Assembly: GCA_965240325.2 (NCBI GenBank) | Contig: OZ251247.1 | Span: forward strand, 372,001 to 436,000 | Source: Rebecca billardiae RCC1528 | Taxonomy: Eukaryota > Protista > Haptophyta | Length of the DNA stretch: 64,000 nt | Direction of reading: 5' to 3' | Shown: piece by piece, positions 33,552-45,148 of the stretch | Layout: each line of letters begins with the position of its first letter | Numbering within the stretch: the stretch's first letter is position 1 | Program-made: the position numbers and the translations under genes | The notes under the pieces: model-generated | What the model was told of the DNA's origin: nothing | What the model saw: the letters and a program-made list of their open reading frames with translations, nothing else | Databases searched by the model: none

Positions 33552-35150
33552 ATGCACGAGCACCAGGCGCACATCCTGCAGCGGATGAAGGCGCGGCGGC
33601 TCGGGCCGACTGCGGCCCCACCCGCCCCGACGGCCGCCGCGGCGCGCCCCTCGGCCGCGCGCGCTCGCTGCGCGGACAAAGGGCGAGTGGTGCAGCTCGA
33701 GGCGCTGCCATGCGAGGTGATCGGCCAAATACTGGCATTCCTGCCGCCGCTGGACATCGCGCGGGCAAGCCTCGCCTCTCGCCTTTTTTGGGGCGCGCCC
33801 GGCGGGCGCTCGCCGGTCGAGCACGCGCTGCGCGAGCGCGCGCGTCGGCGGGGGCGCGAGGCCGCGCTACAGCCGGTGCTGCGTTCACGGTCTCGCAGCA
33901 CGCTTGGGGAGCTCCTGGAGCGTGCGCATGTCTACGAGCTCGCGCGCGCGCACGCCTCACCCGTCGCGGCCGGCTATCAGTTCAGCGCGTTTGTGGACGC
34001 GGAGGGCGGGCTGCACACGTGCGGCGAGGAGATGGTGTGGGATGAGGACACCGGGCAGTGGACGGGCGAGCGTCGAGCGCACGTGGCTATCGGCCACTCG
34101 GGCGCACCGGCGCTGCTCGTGCCGACGCGCGTGCCCTCGCTCTCTGCGGTGCGCGTCGTCGCGGTGGCGGCTGGCAGCTTCCACCTGCTCGCGCTGAGCG
34201 ATGCTGGGACGGTGTACGCGTGCGGCAAGAACCGCGGCGGCCAGCTCGGGCTGGGCGACACGCAGACGCGGCACAGGCTCGCGCAGGTGCGCCTGACCGC
34301 TGCCGAGCCGGTCGTCTGCATCGCTGCTGGACTGAACGACCACGCGTACAGCCTCGCGCTCACCGCCGCTGGGTGCGCGTACAGCTGGGGCCGCAACAGC
34401 TACGGCCAGCTCGGCCACGGCGACACGGAGCAGCGGCGGGAGCCGACGCGCATCGAGACGCTCGATGGCGTGCGCGTGGGTGGCGTGGCAGCGGGGCCCC
34501 GTCACGCGCTTTTCCTGGCCACGCGTGGCTCCGTGTACTCTTGCGGCGATGGCGATTGCGGCCAGCTCGGCCACGGCGACCGGCAGGTTCAGCACACGCC
34601 GAGGCGCATCGAGGCGCTAGCGGGCGTGCGCATCGTGCGCGTGAGCGCGGGCGAGATGCACAGCCTGGTGGTGGACGCGGCGGGCGGCGTGCACGGGTTT
34701 GGGAATGGGATGTGGGGTAGGCTGGGCCTTGCCCCCACCCGCTCGGAAGACCGCCCGACGCGCGTTGGCACGCTCTCCGGTGTGCGCGTAGTGAGCGCCA
34801 GTTGTGGGCTCCTCTGGAGCACGGTGGTGGGTGCGGACGGCAGCGTGCGCACGTTTGGGTTCAACGGCAACGCCGTGCTCGGTCATCCCGCCGGCCCTAA
34901 GGGCTTGGTTGAGATCGTGCGTCGTCCACGGCGCGTGGCTGCCCTCTCCAGGGAGTGTGTGGTGCACGTTTCTCTGGGTAACGCGGCAGCCTTCTTCGTG
35001 ACGGCTGACGGCTCTGTGTTTGTGTGCGGAGTGGTGACGGCTGCGCTCGGCCTGGGCGTGGGATGTGCGGACGACCTCGGCGTGCTCGACATGCCCGCAC
35101 GCATCGAGCAGCTCCCGCCGCTCGGCGTTGCGCACTTCTGGTCGGAGTGA
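33552..35150 (+). CDS. F-box/RCC1-repeat protein copy 6
   Basis: MHEHQAH start, LEALPCEVIGQILAFLPPLDIARASLASRLF, RCC1 blades. Confidence 0.92.
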   Translation: MHEHQAHILQRMKARRLGPTAAPPAPTAAAARPSAARARCADKGRVVQLEALPCEVIGQILAFLPPLDIARASLASRLFWGAPGGRSPVEHALRERARRRGREAALQPVLRSRSRSTLGELLERAHVYELARAHASPVAAGYQFSAFVDAEGGLHTCGEEMVWDEDTGQWTGERRAHVAIGHSGAPALLVPTRVPSLSAVRVVAVAAGSFHLLALSDAGTVYACGKNRGGQLGLGDTQTRHRLAQVRLTAAEPVVCIAAGLNDHAYSLALTAAGCAYSWGRNSYGQLGHGDTEQRREPTRIETLDGVRVGGVAAGPRHALFLATRGSVYSCGDGDCGQLGHGDRQVQHTPRRIEALAGVRIVRVSAGEMHSLVVDAAGGVHGFGNGMWGRLGLAPTRSEDRPTRVGTLSGVRVVSASCGLLWSTVVGADGSVRTFGFNGNAVLGHPAGPKGLVEIVRRPRRVAALSRECVVHVSLGNAAAFFVTADGSVFVCGVVTAALGLGVGCADDLGVLDMPARIEQLPPLGVAHFWSE

Positions 35151-35505
35151 GGCGGCTGCTCGCTCGTAAGCGTCTGCAGTGGGGCCCGCCGCCTCTGCGC
35201 TAGAGTGCTCCAGGCAGCTACACCGACCCGCGTCATCATTAATAAGACATTGACAGCGTGATGATGAGGCATCCGCGCCGACCGCGCACAGCGCAGCCGG
35301 CGGCCTGACTTGCCGTTTTGCGACGAGCAGGGATCAAGCATCAATAAAAACTGTCGTTGCTCGCGCAGAATAATAAATGCTGCTGCTGCGTGAGAATTTA
35401 TTTGAAATATCGTCGTCACTTATTCGTACCATCCCTCGCGATCGCATTCTGACGCGCGACGAATCTTGCATCATCACATCGTCAAGTCGGCATCCGCGTT
35501 TGCAG

Positions 35506-37056
35506 ATGATGGCGCCACCGCCTCACGCGACGCGAGACCAGCGCGCGGCGCGTTCGGCAACGGCGGCGTTGCGGCTCGCGGACCTGCCCGCAGAGGCGAT
35601 CGTGCGTATCCTGTCGACGCCGACTCTCTCCCCCGTGGACCTCGCCGCCGTGAACGCCACCTCGCGCCTCTTCCGCGGGGCGCGCGGCGCGCGCTCGCTG
35701 GTCGAGCACGCGCTGCGCGAGCGCGCGCACGCGCGGGGCCACGAGCGCGCGCTGCGGCTGGATCTCCCGGTGGGCGTGCCCACATGGACGGCGGAGCTGC
35801 TCTCACGCGAGCGCGTGCTCGCGTTCGCAGACGCGCATGCGGCCATCGTCGCATGCGGCAACGAGTTCAGCGCGTTTGTGGACGCGGAGGGCGGGCTGCA
35901 CACGTGCGGCGAGGAGGCGGTGCTAGACGGGCACGCACGTCCGACGGGCGAGCGTCGCGTGCATGTGGGCACCGGCCACCCCGCCGACGTGGTGGCGCTC
36001 GTGCCGACGCGAGTGGCCTCGCTCGCCGCGGTGCGCGTGCGCGCGGTGGCCGCCGGTAGCCACCACCTGCTCGCGCTGAGCGATGCCGGCACTGTGTACG
36101 ACTGCGGCGAGAACGGGTACGGCCAGCTGGGGCAATCGCGTGGGCGCGAGCGCACCGCCGCCCCCCGACGCGCGCTCGAGGCCGTGGGCACGCTGTCGGA
36201 CGAGGTCGTCCTGGGCGTCGCCGCGTGCGGCCAGAGCAGCCTCGCGCTCACACTGGCTGGCCGCGCGTACAGCTGGGGCGACAACGGCTTCGGCCAGCTC
36301 GGCCACGGCGACGAGAAGGACCGGTGGGAGCCGGCGCGCATCGAGGCGCTGCGCGGCGTGTGCGCCGCGAGCATGGGCGCCATGCACACGCTGCTGCTCT
36401 CGACCAGCGGTGCCGTCTTCTCGTGTGGGCGTGGCCGCGCAGGCCGGCTCGGCCACGGCGACCAGCAGGATCGACACACGCCGAGGCGCATCGAGGCGCT
36501 CGCGGGCGTGCGCGCCGTGCACGTGAGCGCGGGCAGAGCGCACAGCCTGGTGGTGGACACGACAGGCCGTGGGCATGCGTTTGGCGCAGGCAAGCGCCGG
36601 TGCCTTGGGCTGGGCCGCGTGAAGTACCAGCACACGCCCGCGCACGTCGAGGCGCTGCAGGGCGTGCACGCAGTGCGCGCATGCGCAACGGGCGACTGCA
36701 GCGTGGTGCTGGGCGCGGACGGCAGCGTGCACGCGCTCGGGGGCAACGACAACGGCCAGCTGGCGCTGGGGCCGCGCGAGAGTGCGCATACGCCGACTTG
36801 CGTCGACGCCCTCGCTGGGTCGCGCGTGCTCAGCTGTGCCATCAGCGAGGCCCACGCGCTGTACGTCACGGCGGATGGGGCCGTGCACGCGTGCGGGAAG
36901 CGGTCGGCTGCGCTCGGCCTCGGGCTGAGCCTGTCACACTCATCCGCAGGGGAGACAGCAGGCGTGCTGGTGACGACGCCCGTGCGCGTCGAACGGCTGC
37001 CGCGACTCCAGCCGCACCAGGGCGGCTGGAGTCGAGGCGGAGGAGGCTGGTGGTAG
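35506..37056 (+). CDS. F-box/RCC1-repeat protein copy 7
   Basis: LADLPAEAIVRILSTPTLSPVDLAAVNATSRLFR, RCC1 blades. Confidence 0.9.
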   Translation: MMAPPPHATRDQRAARSATAALRLADLPAEAIVRILSTPTLSPVDLAAVNATSRLFRGARGARSLVEHALRERAHARGHERALRLDLPVGVPTWTAELLSRERVLAFADAHAAIVACGNEFSAFVDAEGGLHTCGEEAVLDGHARPTGERRVHVGTGHPADVVALVPTRVASLAAVRVRAVAAGSHHLLALSDAGTVYDCGENGYGQLGQSRGRERTAAPRRALEAVGTLSDEVVLGVAACGQSSLALTLAGRAYSWGDNGFGQLGHGDEKDRWEPARIEALRGVCAASMGAMHTLLLSTSGAVFSCGRGRAGRLGHGDQQDRHTPRRIEALAGVRAVHVSAGRAHSLVVDTTGRGHAFGAGKRRCLGLGRVKYQHTPAHVEALQGVHAVRACATGDCSVVLGADGSVHALGGNDNGQLALGPRESAHTPTCVDALAGSRVLSCAISEAHALYVTADGAVHACGKRSAALGLGLSLSHSSAGETAGVLVTTPVRVERLPRLQPHQGGWSRGGGGWW

Positions 37057-39609
37057 TAGTGCTCGCTTGCGGCTGCGGGAACGTCGTGCGGTCGTGTGCA
37101 CCCTGATGCCGGAGTACCGTAGAGGACGGAGGAGTCGAGGAGGCTGGTGATCAGGCAGCAGTTTTGATTCTTGATTCCGCCTGCCTCGTATGCCTCGGAC
37201 TGATCGACGGTCAATGAGCAGCCGACTACCGCTCTGAGCACCCGGCGCCGCTCCAGCGCGTGACGCGGCTGCTACCCGCCTCGCAGGCACGACGCTGCAG
37301 CGCTGAGCACCCTCACTGCACACCCCTGCCGTTACTTGCTGTTGGTGACGTGCGACTCGCTCGTACTGTTATTACGCCAGGATGCGCCCCGTCGGCTGCC
37401 CTGTCTGACGGCCCACTGCCGGGTCGGTGCAGCGCGCGACGATTGTGATTTGTGGTCGGTGCATCGGGTACTACGACTGTGCCAGCAGGCGGAGTGCGGC
37501 CGTCTCTCGCCCGCTGGAGCCGCCGGATGCTCCCGTTGACGCGCCCGCTCCGCGCGCCGGCGCATTGATGACTAATAAGAAACGGGACGGGACCTGGCTG
37601 GTACGCACCCAGCCGCCTTGGCTCCCGGACTCCTGGCCTCCTCCGGCCGCCAAGGGCAAGGACGGGACGCACACAGCTCAGGCAGGCGAGATTCTAGGGG
37701 GTCCAAGCCGCGGAATTAAACATCGAAAATCGACTGACCGATTTCGCGGTGACCATTTCCGAACATTGTTGCCTCGAATTGCGGCAGCACGGGCCGCGGC
37801 CGTTCAGAGCACGGTCGAGCCCGAGATCGGGCGAGTAGCACGCCTGGGCGGTGGACTTCATCGTCGCGTCGGCGCGGCGGAGCGCGCTCTGGCGTCAGAG
37901 GCGCGCGGGCGGGCGAGTCAGGGTGGCCATCATGACAGCGGTCGACCAAATGATCGCTGGCAGCTCGCTCTCACCGGACATCTTGAACCTCACAGCCCCG
38001 CTCTGCGCGCCGTTCGAACTCTCATCCGGATGAGCGCGGACAACGCAGCCCCGGTTTCAGGTGAAGCGTGCACGCTGCGCGCTGGTTTACACCTGGTTTA
38101 GCTTGTCTATGATGAGCATGAATGACTCCCCGGCGCTCGGCCTGGTGCGTGCAGTGCTCACCTCCCCACGCGCTGCGCATGCACTCGCGCGATCGCTGGC
38201 CGCTCGTTCGCAAACGGGAGTGCGCGGCAGTCGTGGGTGGTAAGCAAGCTCGGCGACCCTGTGTACGTGCGGGGCCTGTCTTCCAGCTCACAGTAGTACC
38301 GCCAGAAGCTCCAGCCGGCACGCGTCGGCTTGTTTGTTGTGCCACTTGGCGTGCCGCTTGGCTGCATGCAGCAGCCGAGCTGCGCTGAGAGCGTGCACCT
38401 TGTCACGAACGTCAAGCTTGCTGCGGAGCAAACGCGCGCCGCCAAGCTCCGCTATGACCGCTGCAACATCTGCACACCGTGTCTTCGTCTCGGGAGTGCC
38501 TGCGCCACTGTTGGCGGCCGTCTTGGAGCAGCGCGCGGACTGCATGATGCTCGGGGCAGGAGTGCTTCTGGGCGCGGCAGTGGAGGCAGAGAGCTCAACG
38601 CTCGCCACCGAGCAGCTCGCAGAGTCAGAGGTAAGCTGGAGCAGCCTCGACTGCAAGCGCTGTAGCCGCAGCAGAGGTGGACCGGCGGCGGCCTCGCGTG
38701 AGCTGGGGTACGACGAACGGCGACGGTGCCGGTGACACCTGAGTACGGGCAAGGAAGCCGCCCGGCACATGGCGAGCTAGTCTGCGCACGCCAGCCTCGA
38801 CGGCGGAGAGGACTCTCATGCCGGGATGGTGGCGGCATGTTCAGGGGCGGAGTTGGCCGTGTGCCGCAGCACGTGCAGCCCGCCACCGGCATCAGGCCCG
38901 CGTTCGCGGGCCGGCACTCACTGATGTGCTGAGTCCAGTGGCATGAGCCGTCTCGGCGCCGCCGTACTCCGTATTCGGATGACCCAGCAAGTAGTGAGCA
39001 AGGTACCCATGTATAGGCACTCACTTGAATACATATGGCAAAATTAACCACATTATATATATAGTGGGTAACATGGCGCTTATATGCGGGTATATTCCCA
39101 TAATTAAATGGGTAATGTGCTCGATCTTGGAGTAGTTTTTCATGGACGTCTACGCGCACAGCATTGTGCCCCACTTTTTCGGTATTTTCACCATAAAATC
39201 CTTTGGATAGAGGGCAGCGCTTGTCAATATGTAAGTCCGACCGCGTATCGTCATCTAGCTGCCATGACAAGTAGGTAACATTCGGCTGAATCTCTATGTG
39301 ACACAGCGGGCGCCGCTGCGTGCGCGCGCGACCGCGCGACGACACGCGGAGTCGGTTTTTAGTGCTTCTGGCGGCTGGGCTGGGCTCTGGGACATATTTG
39401 AGGGTGACTCCGCAAGCGTCACGCTCATCAGACGCCTACATGGCATGGTTGTCAAATATCACCAATCGGTGGGCTGCTGGCTTGGACCCCCTAGAGATTC
39501 ATCATAAGCCGCCCGGATTGCCACCGCGCCCGGATCGCGCAATCAGCGCAGGTATCCGGTCCGCAGGTGCGGGCGCATCAGGCGCAGGATTCACGCGCGC
39601 GAACAGAAA

Positions 39610-41133
39610 ATGGGGGCGGCAGCACCCGCGTCATCGCCCGACGAGCATGCTAAAGAGGCGCACCCGGGAGCGCGGCTGCTGACCGACCTGCCGTCTGAGC
39701 TGGTCTCGTGCCTGTTGGCCCACCTCGGCTGTGCGCGTGACCTCGCCGCCGCCAACGCCACTTCGCGCCTCTTCCGCGGCGCGCCCGGCGAGCGCTCGCC
39801 GGTCGAGCACGCGCTGCGCGAGCGCGCGCGCGCGCGCGGGCGCGATCGCGCGTTGCCGCCGACGCTACCCGTGGGCGTCTGCACGTGGACGGAAGAGCTC
39901 TTCGACCGCGAGCGCGTGCTCGAGCTCGTGCGCGCGCACGCGAACGTCGTCGCCGCCGGCGGGGTCGACGAGGATATCTGCTTCAGCGCGTTTGTGGACG
40001 CGGAGGGCGGGCTGCACACGTGCGGCGAGGAGGAGGTGCTGGACGCGGCCACCGGGCGATACTTCGGCGGGCATCGCCCGAACGTGGCAAGCGGCTGCCC
40101 AGGCATGCAGGCAGTGCGCGTGCCCACGCTCGTGCCCTCGCTGTCCGCGGTGCGCGTGGTCGCGGTGGCCGCCGGGCAGTCCCACCTGCTCGCGCTGAGC
40201 GATGCTGGGACGGTGTACGCGTGCGGCGACAACATGCGCGGCGAGCTCGGGCTGGGGGACGTGCAGACGCGGCGTTCGTTCGTGCCGATCAGCCACTTGC
40301 GCGGTGCTGCCGTCGAGGGCATCTCGGCCGGCCACAACCACAGCCTCGCGCTCACCGCAGAGGGGTGTGCGTACAGCTGGGGCAGCAACTCCTGGGGCCA
40401 GCTCGGCCACGGTGACACGGAGGACCGGTGGGAGCCGGCGCGCATCGAGGCGCTGGACGGCGTGCGCGTGGGCGGCGTGGCGGTGGGACTGGGCTACACG
40501 CTGCTGCTCTCGTCGCGGGGTGATGTCTACTCCTGCGGCCATGGCGCCGGGCAACAGCTCGGCCACGGCGAGCTGCAGGATCAGCACACGCCGAAGCGCA
40601 TCGAGGCGCTCGCGGGCGTGCGCGCCGTGCACGTGAGCGCGGGCGAATGCCACAGCCTTGTGGTGGACGCAGCGGGCCGCGTGCATGCGTTTGGGTTAGA
40701 AAACGGTGGCGTCCCCGGGCGTAGTGACCGTGCCGCCCAGCCGGTGCCCACGCCCGTCGCGGCCCTTGCAGGCGTGCATGCAGTGCGCGCCAGCGCCGGT
40801 GCGATCTGCAGCGCGGTGCTGGGCGCGGACGGCAGCGTGCACACGTTTGGGGCCAACGCGTTTGGTCAGCTCGGGCTCGACACGACCACCAGGGCGGCTG
40901 CCCCTGGGCGAGTGAGCGCCCTCGCCCATTCGCGCGTGTGCCAGTGCACGTTCGGCCAGGCCTACACGCTGTTCGTCATGGCGGACGGCGCTGTGTACGT
41001 GTGCGGCAAGCGGCTGGCCGCGCTCGGCCTCGGCGTGCGGCGCGAGCCGGTCAGCTCGAGGACACCGCTGGTGCCGCTCCAGCGCGTGGCGCAGCTGCCT
41101 CCTCTGTACTCGCCGGCACGCTGCGCTGAGTGA
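39610..41133 (+). CDS. F-box/RCC1-repeat protein copy 8
   Basis: LTDLPSELVSCLLAHLGCARDLAAANATSRLFR, RCC1 blades. Confidence 0.92.
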   Translation: MGAAAPASSPDEHAKEAHPGARLLTDLPSELVSCLLAHLGCARDLAAANATSRLFRGAPGERSPVEHALRERARARGRDRALPPTLPVGVCTWTEELFDRERVLELVRAHANVVAAGGVDEDICFSAFVDAEGGLHTCGEEEVLDAATGRYFGGHRPNVASGCPGMQAVRVPTLVPSLSAVRVVAVAAGQSHLLALSDAGTVYACGDNMRGELGLGDVQTRRSFVPISHLRGAAVEGISAGHNHSLALTAEGCAYSWGSNSWGQLGHGDTEDRWEPARIEALDGVRVGGVAVGLGYTLLLSSRGDVYSCGHGAGQQLGHGELQDQHTPKRIEALAGVRAVHVSAGECHSLVVDAAGRVHAFGLENGGVPGRSDRAAQPVPTPVAALAGVHAVRASAGAICSAVLGADGSVHTFGANAFGQLGLDTTTRAAAPGRVSALAHSRVCQCTFGQAYTLFVMADGAVYVCGKRLAALGLGVRREPVSSRTPLVPLQRVAQLPPLYSPARCAE

Positions 41134-41380
41134 GCACCCGCGTGCCGTGCGCTGCCGGCATGATGGCTTATTGATGCAGTGATGATGCGCGCTGACGATG
41201 ATGGCCGCTGTGGCTGTGAGCCCGGACACGGTGGACTAGTAGCAGCGCCAGGATGCTACTGTATTGTACACGGAATGACTGAATGCCCTGTACAGTTTAC
41301 TAAGAATAAGAGACGCACACACTGCTCAGGCAGGCGAGTAGCCGGGGGCCGCCCGCTCTCGCTGACGGTGGGTGGCCGCG

Positions 41381-42874
41381 ATGGCGCCATCGGCGAAGCA
41401 TGGCGAGGCGCACCCTGGGGCGCTGCGGCTGGCCGACCTGCCGTCCGAGCTGATCTCGCGCCTGCTGCTCCACCTCGACAACGCGCGTGACCTCGCTGCC
41501 GCCAACGCCACGGGGCGCCTCTTCCGCGGCGAGCCTGGCGAGCGCTCGCCGGTCGAGCACGCGCTGCGCGACCGCGCTCGTGCTCGCGGGCACGCGCGCG
41601 TCCTGCCGACCGAGCTGCAGGCGGCCGTGTGCAGCTGGAGAGAGGAGCTCTTTGCTCGCGAGCTCGTGCTCGAGCTCGCGAAAGCGCACCGGAACATCGT
41701 GGACGTTGGCTCTTCCGCTGTGGGTCGGTTTGGTGTGCCCAAGGAACACTCTTACTTCTTCAGCGCGTTTGTTGACGCGGAGGGCGGGCTGCACACGTGT
41801 GGTGAGGAGGAGGCGCGGGACGAGCACGGCCGGCTGCCCGACGAGTTCCGTGCGCACGCCGCCATCGGCCACGGCGTCACCAGTGCGCTGCGCGTGCCGA
41901 CGCGCGTCGCCTCGCTCAGCGCAGTGCGCGTGCGCTCCGTGGCCGCTGGCTGCCACCATCTGCTCGCGCTGAGCGAGGCGGGCACCGTGTACGGCTGCGG
42001 CTACAACGGGTACGGCCAGCTTGGGCTGGGTGACGATAAGAGGCGGCGATCGTTCGCACTGGTGAATGCGTTGCGGCATGAAGCCGCCGTGTGCATCGCA
42101 GCTGGCGTCATCCACAGTCTCGCGCTCACCGCCGCTGGCTGCGCGTACAGCTGGGGTGACAACCGCAGCGGCCAGCTCGGCCACGGCGACAAGAAGGACC
42201 GGTGGGAGCCGACGCGCATCGAGGCGCTGGATGGCGTGCGCACCGGTGGCGTGGCATCAGGCGGCGCCCACACGCTGCTGCTCTCGCTCGACGGCGCCGT
42301 CTTCTCGTGCGGCTGGGGCCGCGTTGGCGTGCTCGGCCACGGCGACGAGCAGGATCAGCACACGCCGAGGCGCATCGAGGCGCTCGCGGGCGTGCGCGCC
42401 GTGCACGCGAGCGCGGGCAGTGGGCACAGTCTAGTGGTGGACGCGACGGGCGGCGTGCACTCGTTTGGGGCGGGCAACACGGGCACGTGGGACGCCCATT
42501 GGCTCTCCCAGCTCACACCTAGGTGCATCGGCGTGCACGCCGTGCGCGCCAGCTGCGGCTTGTGCTGCAGCGCGGTGCTTGGCGCGGGTGGCAGCGTGTA
42601 CACATTCGGGGACAACCGATGTGGCCAGCTGGGGACTGCCGCCCACACGCTGTTGGCCACTCCTTGGCAGGTCGCCCTCGCCAATACGCGCGTGCTCCAG
42701 TGCGCGCTCTGCGAGACCCACGCGCTGTTTGTGACGGCGGACGGCGCTGTGTATGCGTGTGGCATGCAGTCGGCCGCGCTCGGCCTGGGCATGCGGCGCG
42801 AGCCACTCACGACACAGCCAGTGCCGCTCCAGCGCGTGACGCAGCTGCCGCCCCTTGCAGGCACGCTCCCCTGA
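41381..42874 (+). CDS. F-box/RCC1-repeat protein copy 9
   Basis: LADLPSELISRLLLHLDNARDLAAANATGRLFR, RCC1 blades. Confidence 0.92.
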   Translation: MAPSAKHGEAHPGALRLADLPSELISRLLLHLDNARDLAAANATGRLFRGEPGERSPVEHALRDRARARGHARVLPTELQAAVCSWREELFARELVLELAKAHRNIVDVGSSAVGRFGVPKEHSYFFSAFVDAEGGLHTCGEEEARDEHGRLPDEFRAHAAIGHGVTSALRVPTRVASLSAVRVRSVAAGCHHLLALSEAGTVYGCGYNGYGQLGLGDDKRRRSFALVNALRHEAAVCIAAGVIHSLALTAAGCAYSWGDNRSGQLGHGDKKDRWEPTRIEALDGVRTGGVASGGAHTLLLSLDGAVFSCGWGRVGVLGHGDEQDQHTPRRIEALAGVRAVHASAGSGHSLVVDATGGVHSFGAGNTGTWDAHWLSQLTPRCIGVHAVRASCGLCCSAVLGAGGSVYTFGDNRCGQLGTAAHTLLATPWQVALANTRVLQCALCETHALFVTADGAVYACGMQSAALGLGMRREPLTTQPVPLQRVTQLPPLAGTLP

Positions 42875-42957
42875 GCACTCGCGGCGCGCGGTATCAGCCA
42901 CCATGCGCGGGTGACGGCGATGGTCTCGGCGGCCCTGGGTCCAGTCACGTCTCGGAT

Positions 42958-43229
42958 ACAACGAGCACGGGCAGCTGGGGCTCGGCGCCGAGCGTGGGTG
43001 TGCGCTGCTGCCAGCGCGCGGCGACACCCTTATGCACCCGCCCGTGCTCGGCGTCTCGCTCGGCGACACCCACGCCCTATTCGTGACAGCTGGCGGCGCT
43101 GTGTACGCATGCGGCATGCTGTCGGCAGCACTCGGCCTGGGCATGCGGCGCGAGCCACGCATCAGGACACGGCCCGTGCCGGTCCAGCGAGTGACGCAGC
43201 TGCCGCCCCTTTCGCGCATGCTTCCCTGA
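42958..43229 (+). pseudogene. Isolated 3' fragment of an RCC1 gene (copy 10)
   Basis: Nearly identical to 55293-55563 (NEHGQLGLG...LPPLSRMLP*); the 5' part is absent. Confidence 0.9.
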
Positions 43230-45148
43230 GCACTCGCGCACGGCGCAGCGCGATATCATCCGCGCCATGCACGGGTGACGATGATGGCTCCGGTCGGGGC
43301 GGTCCTGTCACTGGGTCCAGTCACGTCAGGTGTATCGTAGCGATCGTACTACTAGGGACGGAAGGCGCCCTGCTGCCGCTGGTCCAACTACTGTACAGCA
43401 CCGCTCCGCCACCGAGTCCGGAGCGAACCGCCGGACGAGTGACGACCAAGCCGCGACGCTGCTATGCGACCAACCGCCATCCAATATTCGCCGCATCCCG
43501 CTCGGCCGAGAGAGAGATCGATGGCATCCGCGGCGACGACGCACGGGCGTGGCGGGGCGCACTCGGGAGCGCTGATGCTGACCAACCTGCCGCCCGAGCT
43601 GATCTCGCGCCTGATGATCCACCTCGACAGCGCGCGTGACCTCGCCGCCGCCAACGCCGCCTCGCGCCTCTTCCGTGGCGCGCCCGGCGAGCGCTCGCCG
43701 GTCGAGCACGCGCTTCGCGAGCGCGCGCACGCTCGCGGCCACGCTGACGCGCTGCCCACCGAGCTGCCGGCGGGCGTGCGCACGTGGTCCGAAGAGCTGT
43801 TTGCGCGCGAGCGACTGCTCGAGGTCGCGCACGCGCACCGGAACGTCGTGACCGCCGGCGCATTCTTCGACGTCGCTAGCTTCAGCGCGTTTGTGGACGC
43901 GGAGGGCGGGCTGCACACGTGCGGCGAGGAGGAGGCAGAGGACGAGGACGGGTGGCCACTGCGCTGCGCGCACGCCGCTATCGGGCATGGCGTGGACGCA
44001 GGCACACGGTCTGTGCTCGTGCCGTCGCGTGTCACCTCGCTCAGCGCGGTGCGCATGTGCTCCGTGGCTGCAGGCGAGTCCCACCTGCTCGCGCTGAGTG
44101 ATGTTGGGACTGTGTACGGCTGCGGCCACAACCGCTGCGGGCAGCTCGGGCTAGGCGACACGCAGGAGCGGCGCTCGTTTGCCCTCGTCGACGCCTTGCA
44201 GGCCGAAGACGTCGTGGGTGTTACTGCAGGCGGCACCCACAGCCTCGCGCTCACCGCCGCTGGGTGTGTGTACAGCTGGGGCTGGAACCACTACGGCCAG
44301 CTCGGCCACGGCGACACGGAGGACCGGTGGGAGCCCACGCGCATCGAGGCGCTGGACGGCGTGCGCGTCGGTGCCTTGGCCGCGGGGTCTTGGCACACGC
44401 TGCTCCTGACGACGCACGGCGCCGTCTACTCGTGCGGCAGCGGACGGCACGGCCAGCTCGGCCACGGCGACCAGCTGGACCAGCGCACGCCGAGGCACAT
44501 TGAGGCTCACGCTGGCGTGCGCGGCGTGCACGTGAGCGCGGGCCGTGAGCACAGCCTGATGGTGGACGCGGACGGCGGCCTTCATTCGTTTGGCCGTGCC
44601 TCAGGGGGTGGGCTAGGGCATACCAGCAGCCGCCCTGAGACCAGCCCGAGGCGCGTCGAGACGCTCTCTGGTGTGTGTGCAGTGCGCGCCAGCGCTGGCT
44701 CCCACAGTAGCGCGGTGCTGGGCGCGGACGGCAGCGTGCACACGTTTGGGTTCAACGCTCTGGGCGTGCTCGGTCATCCCACGAGCTCTACGCCAGCTTG
44801 CCCGCATGAGCTCCTTCCACGGTGCGTGGCTGCCCTGTCTCGGGAGCGCGTGGTGTGCGTCTCTCTGGGCCTACGGTCAGCCTTCTTCGTGACGGCTGAT
44901 GGCCGTGTGTACTACTCGTCAAATCCTGCAATTCGCCGCGAGCACCGCGCGGCCGGAATGCGCTCGCTGAAGCGCGCGCGTCAGAGGCGGGGAGCCTCCG
45001 TCGCCCCGAAGGCGCGTGCGACGCGGGCGCGAGCGCGCGCGCGCGGGCGCGCGCGCGGGCGAGTGATCTGGCTGACGCCCGGCCGCCCACCCGCGCCCCA
45101 CCACCCCCGCGCCCCGCAACCGCAGCGGCGTCAGCCAGATCTGCCCCG

